Positions 1 to 9,944 of a stretch of DNA of 64,000 nt are shown here, piece by piece. Location: NCBI GenBank assembly GCA_963708135.1, contig OY970192.1:448001-512000 (forward strand). Reading direction: 5' to 3'. The position numbers and the translations under genes are program-made. The DNA comes from an uncultured Gemmatimonadales bacterium. Lineage in GTDB: Bacteria; Gemmatimonadota; Gemmatimonadetes; Longimicrobiales; RSA9. The number at the start of each line of letters is the position of its first letter. Position 1 is the stretch's first letter. Under the pieces are notes generated by a model. It did not search any database. It was not told the DNA's origin and saw only the letters and a list, made by a program, of their open reading frames with translations.

Positions 1-906
1 GAAGTCGCGGTACGGCAGCACGGCCGGCGCAAGCTCGACCGGCGTGCCGCCGGCCGCGGGGACGGCGTAGAGCGGGGCGCCGTCCGCGAGCAGCGAGGAC
101 GAGCGCAGGTCGCCCGCGGGGCGCAGGTAGAGGATGCGCGCGCCGTCGCCCGTCCAGCCGCGCACGATCGGCTCGCCGCCCACGGCGGAGGCGCCCGCGA
201 CCGGCACCGGCCGGCCGCCCGCCGACGGCACCTTCCAGAGCCCCGCGCCGCTCGGATCGGCGGCACCGGCGGCACCGGCGGCGCCGCCGGACGCGCCGTC
301 GCCCGGCGGCGGGGCGGTGGGTCGGGGCGCCACCGGGGCGGTGGGTCGGGGCGCTCGGGGCCGGCGGGGAGCGCCGTCCGGGGCGGCGGAGGTGGCCGGG
401 CCCACGGCGGCGGAGTCGGGCGCGCGGACCGTGCGCAGCGCGAAGGCCAGCCAGCGGTCGTCCGGGCTCCAGGCGACGCCGTCCACGCCCCCGCCGGGCG
501 TGCCGCCGACGAGCCGGCGGTCCGCGCCGTCCGGCGCCACCACGTGCAGCGCGCCGCTGCTCACGTAGGCCAGCCGGTCCGAGGCGTGCGCCCAGGAGAA
601 CGCGTCTACACCGACGGCCGCCACCGGCCGGGTACGCCCGCCGTCCAGCTCCACGATCTCCAGGCCGTCCCCCTTCCGCACGGCGATCTTCCGCCCCGAC
701 GGCGCCCAGCGCGGCTCGACGAGGTCGGCGCCCGCGGCCACCCGCCGCGCCTCGCCGCCCCCGAGCGCCCGTACCCAGAGCCCGCCCGGGCCGAGGTACG
801 CCACCGCTCCCGGCGCGCCGCTCCCGGCGCCCACCCGCCCGCGTTCGACCCGGCATGCGCCGAGGGCCAGGAGCGGGACGAGCAGCAGTGCGGCGGGGCA
901 TCTCAC
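1..906 (-). CDS. TolB-like beta-propeller (PD40-repeat) lipoprotein, 3' end runs off the window
   Basis: Manual minus-strand translation from GTG at 906: VRCPAALLLVPLLALGA-C lipobox, then PRWAPSGRKIA, FSWAHASDRLAYVS and AWSPDDRWLAF repeats typical of PD40/TolB. Confidence 0.7.
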   Translation of the reverse strand, partial: MRCPAALLLVPLLALGACRVERGRVGAGSGAPGAVAYLGPGGLWVRALGGGEARRVAAGADLVEPRWAPSGRKIAVRKGDGLEIVELDGGRTRPVAAVGVDAFSWAHASDRLAYVSSGALHVVAPDGADRRLVGGTPGGGVDGVAWSPDDRWLAFALRTVRAPDSAAVGPATSAAPDGAPRRPRAPRPTAPVAPRPTAPPPGDGASGGAAGAAGAADPSGAGLWKVPSAGGRPVPVAGASAVGGEPIVRGWTGDGARILYLRPAGDLRSSSLLADGAPLYAVPAAGGTPVELAPAVLPYRDF

Positions 907-960
907 GGCGGTCTCCGGTCGGGGGAACGATCCGGCGCGCCGGGGTGCAAGGGGCAGGCC

Positions 961-1075
961 GGGGGGGGGCACGGGCATGGGCACGGGCATGGGAACGGGA
1001 ACGGGAACACACGTACACGCGCACACGCACACGCACACGCAAATGCACGTTGCACGCGCACACGCACACGCACAT
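961..1075. repeat. Intergenic hexamer simple repeats (GGGCAY/GGGAAC then GCACAC)
   Basis: gggcacgggcatgggcacgggcatgggaacgggaac followed by gcacacgcacacgcacac. Confidence 0.85.
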
Positions 1076-1177
1076 GGGAGAGGGACCGAACCGGGGATTC
1101 GGTTCGGCTGTTTCGTGGTGGGCGAGGCGGCGGGGCCGGGGGGCCGGAAGAGCTTGGCGGCAGGCGCGCCGCGTCGC

Positions 1178-1207
1178 TTGACACCCCTTCGGCGGCCGAC
1201 GTAGGTT
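1178..1207 (+). promoter_or_regulatory. Candidate sigma70 promoter of the EF-G paralogue
   Basis: TTGACA-N18-TAGGTT upstream of RBS AGGAGGAGGT and ATG 1254. Confidence 0.5.
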
Positions 1208-1253
1208 GCCGATCCCTCTGATCCACACAAGGTTCCGCAGGAGGAGGTGTTCA

Positions 1254-3359
1254 ATGGCGGCCGCCAAGGAATTCAGAACGGGGCAGATCCGAAACGTGGC
1301 CGTACTCGGCCATGGCGGCTCCGGAAAGACGACCCTGGTCGATTCGTTGTGCTTCGTGGCCGGCTCGGCGCGCCGGCACGGAAGCGTGAAGGACGGCAGC
1401 GCGATCACGATGAACACGGAGGAGGAGATCGCGCACGGCATCTCGATGCAGACGTCGGCAGCGTTCGCGGAATGGATGGAGACGAAGGTCAACCTGCTGG
1501 ACACCCCGGGCTACCTCGATTTCACCGGGGAAGCGCTGGCCGCCACGAGGGTCGCCGATGGGGCTGTAATGGTCCTCGGCGCGACAACGGGCGTCGAGGT
1601 CGGGACGGAGAAAGTCTGGGAATACTGCGAGACGCGCGGGATTCCCAGACTTTTTTTCGTGTCGATGATGGACAAGGAGCACGCGGACTTCGAGCGCGTC
1701 TACGCGGACGTGAAGGCGACGCTGTCGGAGAAGGTGATCCCGGTGGAGATCCCGATCGGCGCGGGGGATGACTTCCGGGGGATCATCAACCTGTTCAGCG
1801 GCAAGGCGCACCTGTACCGGGCGGGCACGATCTCCGGGGAGTACGACGAGGTGGAGGTACCGGAGGAGCTGCGGGGCGGCTTCGAGCGCTGGCGGACGGA
1901 GCTGTTCGAGTCGATCGCCACGACCGACGATGCGCTGCTCGAGCACTACCTGGCCGACGGCGGGATCAGCCGCGAGGAGGCGATCGAGGCGATGCGGGTG
2001 GCCATGCGGCGGGGCGAGATGTTCCCGCTGTTCTGCGGCGCACCGGAGAAGACGTGGGGCACGCGGGCGCTGCTGACGAAGCTGGTCGAGCTGGTGCCGA
2101 GCCCGGCGGAGGCGGGCGCCGAGCTGGCGCAGCGGGCGGGGCTGGACCAGGTGGTCGAGCTCACGGCCGACGATGATGCGGCCTTCGCGGCCCTCGTCTT
2201 CAAGACCACGAGCGAGCCGCACGTGGGCGAGCTGTCGATGTTCCGCATCTTCAGCGGCAGCCTGGCCAACGGGCAGGAGGTGGTGAACCCGACGCGGGAC
2301 GCGCACGAGAAGCTGACCCACCTGTCGGTGCCGCTCGGCAAGGACCGGCTGGAGGTGAACCGGCTGCACGCGGGCGACATCGGCGTCGTCGCGAAGCTGA
2401 AGAGCACGCACACGAACGACACGCTGTGCGCGCCGGAGCGGCCGGTGGTGCTCCAGGCGATCAACTTCCCGAAGCCGGACATCGCGATCGCGGTGCAGGC
2501 GGCGAGCAGGAGCGACGAGGACAAGATCAGCACGGCGCTGCACAAGCTGCACGAGGAAGATCCGACGTTCATGAGCGAGTACGACCCGGAGCTGCGGCAG
2601 ACGATCGTGCGCGGGCTGGGCGAGCTGCACCTGGACGTGCAGCTCGAGCGGCTGAAGCGGAAATACGGGGTGGAGGTGACGACGGAGGAGCCGAAGATCC
2701 GCTACCGCGAGACCATCCGCAAGCAGGCCCAGGGGCAGGGCAAGTACAAGAAGCAGACGGGCGGGCACGGCCAGTTCGGCGACTGCCACGTGCGCCTGAA
2801 GCCGCTGCCGCGCGGTTCCGGCTACGTGTTCACGGACGCGATCACGGGCGGCGTCATCCCGAACAAGTTCATCCCGTCCGTGGACAAGGGGATCCAGCAG
2901 GCGGCGGAGAAGGGTGTGCTCGCGGGCTATCCGCTGGTGGACTTCGAGGCCGAGTGCTATTTCGGGTCCTACCACACCGTGGACTCGAGCGACATCGCCT
3001 TCCAGATCGCCGGCTCGATGGCGTTCCACAAGGTGGCCGCCGAGGCGGCACCGGTCCTGCTCGAGCCGATCCTGGAGGTCGAGATCGTCACGCCCGACGA
3101 GTACATGGGCGATGTCATCGGGGACCTGAACCACCGGCGCGGCAAGATCCTGGGCATGGAGCCGCAGGGCAGCAGGACCGTGATCCGGGCGCTCGTCCCC
3201 GAGGCGGAGATGTACAAGTACGCGACGTCGCTGCGCTCGATGACGCAGGGGCGCGCCGCTCACATGCGCAAGCTGCACGGCTACGAGGAGGTGCCCGCGC
3301 AGGTCGCGCAGAAGGTGATCGAGGCGGCGCAGCAGGAGAGCGAAGAGGTGCACGCCTAG
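1254..3359 (+). CDS. fusA: Elongation factor G paralogue (EF-G2 type)
   Basis: IRNVAVLGHGGSGKTT, LLDTPGYLDF, GLGELHL, KKQTGGHGQFG, GSYHTVDSSD, LRSMTQG motifs; not in an str operon; strong RBS. Confidence 0.93.
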   Translation: MAAAKEFRTGQIRNVAVLGHGGSGKTTLVDSLCFVAGSARRHGSVKDGSAITMNTEEEIAHGISMQTSAAFAEWMETKVNLLDTPGYLDFTGEALAATRVADGAVMVLGATTGVEVGTEKVWEYCETRGIPRLFFVSMMDKEHADFERVYADVKATLSEKVIPVEIPIGAGDDFRGIINLFSGKAHLYRAGTISGEYDEVEVPEELRGGFERWRTELFESIATTDDALLEHYLADGGISREEAIEAMRVAMRRGEMFPLFCGAPEKTWGTRALLTKLVELVPSPAEAGAELAQRAGLDQVVELTADDDAAFAALVFKTTSEPHVGELSMFRIFSGSLANGQEVVNPTRDAHEKLTHLSVPLGKDRLEVNRLHAGDIGVVAKLKSTHTNDTLCAPERPVVLQAINFPKPDIAIAVQAASRSDEDKISTALHKLHEEDPTFMSEYDPELRQTIVRGLGELHLDVQLERLKRKYGVEVTTEEPKIRYRETIRKQAQGQGKYKKQTGGHGQFGDCHVRLKPLPRGSGYVFTDAITGGVIPNKFIPSVDKGIQQAAEKGVLAGYPLVDFEAECYFGSYHTVDSSDIAFQIAGSMAFHKVAAEAAPVLLEPILEVEIVTPDEYMGDVIGDLNHRRGKILGMEPQGSRTVIRALVPEAEMYKYATSLRSMTQGRAAHMRKLHGYEEVPAQVAQKVIEAAQQESEEVHA

Positions 3360-3386
3360 CGACCGCGGCGCAGTGCGGGAGGTCCG

Positions 3387-3836
3387 ATGGACGGCCGGGA
3401 TGGCCGCGACTTCGAGGTGTACGCGCTCACGGTGCTGCGGGTCGGCACGGGGCTGTTGTTCATGGAGCACGGCGCGCAGAAGCTGTTCGGCGCGCTCGGC
3501 GGGCTCGGTGGGCCGGGGATCGCCGCGCCGCTCGGCTCGCTGTTCGGCGTCGCGGGGATCCTGGAGCTGTTCGGCGGAGCCCTGATCGCGCTGGGATTGC
3601 TCACGCGGCCGGTCGCGCTGCTGCTCCTCGTCGAGATGCTGGTCGCGTACTTCTGGCGCCACATGCCGCGCGACTTCTGGCCGCTGGTCAACCGTGGCGA
3701 GCTCGCGCTGCTGTACGCGCTGGTCTACCTCTACCTGAGCGTGCGCGGCCCCGGGCCGTACAGCGTCGATGCGGCGTTCACGAAACGAGGGCTGCGGCTG
3801 CGCGCCGCGGAGGTCGAGGACGAACCCGAGCCCTGA
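3387..3836 (+). CDS. DoxX family membrane protein
   Basis: LRVGTGLLFMEHGAQKLFG, ELFGGALIALGLLTRPVA, GPGPYSVD motifs. Confidence 0.9.
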   Translation: MDGRDGRDFEVYALTVLRVGTGLLFMEHGAQKLFGALGGLGGPGIAAPLGSLFGVAGILELFGGALIALGLLTRPVALLLLVEMLVAYFWRHMPRDFWPLVNRGELALLYALVYLYLSVRGPGPYSVDAAFTKRGLRLRAAEVEDEPEP

Positions 3837-4039
3837 GATGACCGGGCGCCGCATCCAGCGGCGTCCGGGCCAGGCGGCACCCCGCCGCGCCCCGCTCGGC
3901 GCGCGGGAGTCTGCTCGTTCGCGAAGGTCCAACCCGTTCCATGGCCACAGGAGGAAGGTTCGATGACCAGAGCCGGCTGTCGTGCGCCGGGCCACGCGGC
4001 GCTCGCGTGGGCGGCGCACCTCGTTGAAGGAGTGATGTC

Positions 4040-6472
<2,433 letters not shown>

Positions 6473-6560
6473 CCGGCGATGCCGGCGGTTGTGCGGCCCC
6501 TGTCCGGTTGGCGCCGGGCAGGGGCCGGTTGTTTCTGGCAGGTTGGTGCCGGGCGGGAGG

Positions 6561-6850
6561 GAGTGGGGGAGTGGGAGAGTGGGAGCGTGGGCGACGATTC
6601 CGGACGCCGACGGTCGCCGGGCTGACGGCGGCTACGCCGGCGCTCCTCCGGATTCCGGCCGTGCGGCGCCCTCCGGCTCGCTCCCTGGGGGCGCCGTTCC
6701 GATATCCTGGCCCTGCCGGCGCGCGGGCAGCGGAGGTCGGCGGCGCTCCCGGGGCGGGTGTAGGTGCGGCGGGTCGGAAGGGCGAATGGCCGGGCGACGA
6801 TCGGTTGTGGCGATCGTCGCCCGGTCTCCCACTCTCCCACTCTCCCACTC
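6561..6850. mobile_element. MITE-like element with GAGTGGGA-octamer terminal inverted repeats (intergenic copy)
   Basis: Left end gagtgggggagtgggagagtgggagcgtgggcgacgat; right end atcgtcgcccggtctcccactctcccactctcccactc is its near reverse complement; related ends at ~7752, 8292, 9049, 9659, 10277, 31666, 56711. Confidence 0.6.
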
Positions 6851-6853
6851 CAC

Positions 6854-6893
6854 ACTCCGCACTCCGCACTCCGCACTCCGCACTCCGCACTCC
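6854..6893. repeat. Heptamer tandem repeat (ACTCCGC)n
   Basis: Five consecutive actccgc units plus a partial. Confidence 0.9.
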
Positions 6894-6903
6894 GGTCCGG
6901 CTC

Positions 6904-6932
6904 TTGCTTTCGGGTTATCTTCGGGATACCTT
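6904..6932 (+). promoter_or_regulatory. Candidate sigma70 promoter of imuA operon with overlapping direct repeat (putative SOS-type operator)
   Basis: TTGCTT-N17-TACCTT; TTCGGG at 6909 and 6920 (11-bp period). Confidence 0.55.
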
Positions 6933-7022
6933 GGGAGTCCCCCGACGGGCCCAACGGCCGGCGGCGCGAGGCGGCGCGGTCGGCCGGGGACCGCCTCGCG
7001 ACGCCACCCTGGCCAGGTTCGT

Positions 7023-7715
7023 ATGTCCGCGCAGGTTATCGCGTTACGCAAGGAACTGGAGGAACGCTTCCCGGATGCGCTGCCGCTGCGTCCGGGGACG
7101 GTGGGGGGCGTGCCCACGGGGTTGGCGGCGCTGGACGCGGTGCTGCCGGGGGCGGGGCTGCCGCGCGGGCGGCTTTCGGTGTGGGCGCCGGGGGGCGGGG
7201 CCACGGCGGTGCTGGGTGCGGCGTGCGCGGCGGCGGTGGCGCGGGGGGAGCGGGCGGCGTGGGTGGACGGGGCGGGGACGGTGCTGGGGGAGACCTGGCC
7301 GCGCGGGCCGCTGCTGTTGCGGCCGAAGGGGGCGCTGGAGGCGATGGTGTGCGCGGAGGAGCTGCTGCGCTCGGGCGGTTTCGCGCTTGTGGTGGGGACG
7401 GGGCTGGGGGAAGCTCTGGCAGGGGAGGCGGTGCGGCTGGGGCGGGCGGCGCGGGAGGGGGGCGGGGCGTTCGTGGCGCTGGCGGATGTGGTGCCGGTGG
7501 CGGCGCTCCGGATGGAATCGCGGATCCTGCCGGACGGCTACCGCTGGCGGCTGGACCCGTTCGGCGAGCCCGTGGAGGTGGAGTCGGTCACGATGGAGGT
7601 GCGCGCCCGCGCCATGGGAGCGGCGGTGCGCGCGAGGTTCACGCTACCGGTGGTGCAGCATGAGTCACGTCTGTGTTCGGATCCCCGGCTGGTCGATCGG
7701 CGGGGAGCGGTCTGA
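7023..7715 (+). CDS. imuA: ImuA-like RecA-fold protein
   Basis: VPTGLAALDAVLPGAGLPRGRL, AAWVD, AEELLRSGGFALVV; directly upstream of imuB/dnaE2. Confidence 0.8.
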   Translation: MSAQVIALRKELEERFPDALPLRPGTVGGVPTGLAALDAVLPGAGLPRGRLSVWAPGGGATAVLGAACAAAVARGERAAWVDGAGTVLGETWPRGPLLLRPKGALEAMVCAEELLRSGGFALVVGTGLGEALAGEAVRLGRAAREGGGAFVALADVVPVAALRMESRILPDGYRWRLDPFGEPVEVESVTMEVRARAMGAAVRARFTLPVVQHESRLCSDPRLVDRRGAV

Positions 7716-9636
7716 GGGGGACCGGTACCCGCCCACCCCCTCCCGCCCCGAGAGTGGGAGAGTGGGAGACCGGGCGAGGATTCCGGCGGCCGACAGTCGC
7801 CGGGCCGATCCAGCCTCGCCGCGGCCGCCGACGGCCGCGGATGCCGCGGGTGCCGGGAACCTCCCGGGCTCCGGGAACCCCGCGGCCGCCGGAAATTCCG
7901 CGGGCGCCGGAAGCCCCGCGGCCGCCCGGCGTGCCCACGCGGCGCCGGGAAGGGCGTCGCGCCCGGAAACGGGACGGGGCCGCCGGCGCTCGCCGCGGCC
8001 GCCACTCCCCCACTCCCCCACTCCCGCGGCGGTGGCCGGGGCGGCGGAAGCCCTCGGCGCCGCCCTCGCGGCGGTGCTGCCGCGGGTACGGGTGGAGCCG
8101 GGGCTCGCCTGGGCGGATGGGCGGGGGCTGTCGTCCTCGCGCTGGGCGCCGGAGCTGATCGAGCGGCTCGAGGCGGCCGGCTTCGGCGAGGCGAGGATCG
8201 GCGTGGCGACGACGGCGGTGGCGGCGTTCGCGGCGACGGTACGGCGGAATCCGCCCGGAAAGCGGACGGGCCCGTTGGCGCCCGCCGCATCCCCCACTCC
8301 CCCACTCTCCCATTCTGGAATGGGGCGGGGCGGGTTGGTCGTGATCCCCCCGGGCCAGGATCGCGAGTTTCTCGCGCCGCTGCCGCTCTCGCTGCTGAGC
8401 GACGACCTCTTCCTCCGCGGCCTCCTCGAGGGCGTGGGCATCGGGACGTGCGGCGCGCTGGCGGCGCTGCCGCGCGAGGCGGTGGAGGTGCGCTTGGGCG
8501 CGGAGGGCGCGGCGCTCTGGCGGCTCGCGCGCGCGGACGATCCTCGCCGGCTGTTCGGAGGGGCGCCGGCGACGCGGCCGGAGGCGTCGCTCGAGTTCGT
8601 CGACTACGTGATCACGGATCCGGAGCGGTTGATCTTCACGGCCAACGCGCTGCTCGGGCAGGTGTGCGATGCGCTGCGGGCGCGGGGCGAGCACGCGCGG
8701 CGGCTGGTGCTCACGCTGTCGCTGGCCAACGGCGAGGCGTGGGCGAGGACGCTCCGGCCGGCGCGGCCGACGGCCTCGCGGGCCACGTGGCTGCGGCTCG
8801 CGCGCGGCGTGCTCGAGCGGCTGACGGTGCCGGACGCGGTGGCGGGGATCCGGCTGGATGTCCAGGCGACGGAGTCGGCCGCCGTGCGCCAGGGCGACCT
8901 CTTCGACACCGGCTTCGCCACTCTCGAGGCGGTGGAGGCGGCGCTCGGCCGGCTGCTCGAGAGCCAGGACGAGGTGCTGGTGGCGCCGGAGGTGGGCGGC
9001 CATCCGCTGGCGGAGCGGCGAAACGGGTTCCGGGCGCTCGGATTGTCGGAGTGGGAGAGTGGGAGAGTGGTGGAGTGGGCGACGATCCCGGGGGGCGACG
9101 CTCACCGGGCCGATCCGCCCGCGCCGTGGGTGCCGACGGCGGCCGCCGCGAAGGCGGCGGCCGCCGGGCGGACACGCGCGGCGCCGGCAACGTCGCCGCG
9201 CCCGGAAAGCGGACGGACACGCGTGGCGCCGGCAACGTCGCCGCGCCCGGAAAGCGGACGGGCCCGCTGGCGCTCGCCGCATCCCCCACTCTCCCACTCT
9301 CCCACTCCGGGGCGGGGTGTGGGAGGGAAGGATCCGTCGGGCGGTGTGGGGCGGGGCGTGGGGAAAGGCCTGACCCTCCAGCTCCTGCCGGAGCCTGTGC
9401 GGGTGGCGGCGGAGACCGAGGCGAGGCGCGATCACGTGGTGCCGGTGCGGTTCCGGGACCGGACGGGGTGGCAGGCGCTGGTGACGGTGGCGGGGCCGGA
9501 TCGCGTATCGGGCGGGCAGTGGGAGGACGGCTACGCGCGCGAGTACTACCGCGGCGTCACCGCCGACGGCGTGCTGGTCTGGCTCTACCACGACGCGCGG
9601 GAGGACGCGTGGTACCTGCACGGCTGGTGGGACTGA
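7660..9636 (+). CDS. imuB: ImuB-like Y-family polymerase accessory protein with three in-frame repeat-derived insertions
   Basis: FLAPLPLSLL, VGIGTCGALAALPREAVEVRLG, QGDLF clamp-binding motif, GPDRVSGGQW, REYYR, WYLHGWWD end; ATG 7660 overlaps the imuA 3' end. Confidence 0.85.
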   Translation: MSHVCVRIPGWSIGGERSEGDRYPPTPSRPESGRVGDRARIPAADSRRADPASPRPPTAADAAGAGNLPGSGNPAAAGNSAGAGSPAAARRAHAAPGRASRPETGRGRRRSPRPPLPHSPTPAAVAGAAEALGAALAAVLPRVRVEPGLAWADGRGLSSSRWAPELIERLEAAGFGEARIGVATTAVAAFAATVRRNPPGKRTGPLAPAASPTPPLSHSGMGRGGLVVIPPGQDREFLAPLPLSLLSDDLFLRGLLEGVGIGTCGALAALPREAVEVRLGAEGAALWRLARADDPRRLFGGAPATRPEASLEFVDYVITDPERLIFTANALLGQVCDALRARGEHARRLVLTLSLANGEAWARTLRPARPTASRATWLRLARGVLERLTVPDAVAGIRLDVQATESAAVRQGDLFDTGFATLEAVEAALGRLLESQDEVLVAPEVGGHPLAERRNGFRALGLSEWESGRVVEWATIPGGDAHRADPPAPWVPTAAAAKAAAAGRTRAAPATSPRPESGRTRVAPATSPRPESGRARWRSPHPPLSHSPTPGRGVGGKDPSGGVGRGVGKGLTLQLLPEPVRVAAETEARRDHVVPVRFRDRTGWQALVTVAGPDRVSGGQWEDGYAREYYRGVTADGVLVWLYHDAREDAWYLHGWWD

Positions 9637-9658
9637 GGCCCCGCCCCACCCAACGCCC

Positions 9659-9920
9659 GAGTGGGCGAGGGGGAGAGTGGGAGACGGGGCCGCTTGCCGG
9701 TGCCCCTCCGGTGCCAGCCCCGAGAGCGGATCCCGGCGCGCGCCCGCCGCTCGCCGCCTCGCGCCGGCGCCGCGGGTGAGCCGCGCCGCGGGTGAAGTCG
9801 GCGCCGCGGGTGAAGTCGGCGGCCGCGGGTGAAGTCGGCGGCCGCGGGTGAGCTTCTCTGGCCCGGTAACCTTCGGCCACGGGAATCATCACACTCCCCC
9901 ACTCCCCCACTCCCCCACTC
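9659..9920. repeat. Intergenic GAGTGGG-ended element containing ~18-19 bp tandem repeat CCGCGGGTGAAGTCGGCG
   Basis: gagtgggcgagggggagagtgggag at left, cactcccccactcccccactcccccactc at right; 4-5 ccgcgggtga units at 9773-9851. Confidence 0.75.
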
Positions 9921-9944
9921 TGACGTAGAAACGGGACGCACCAG

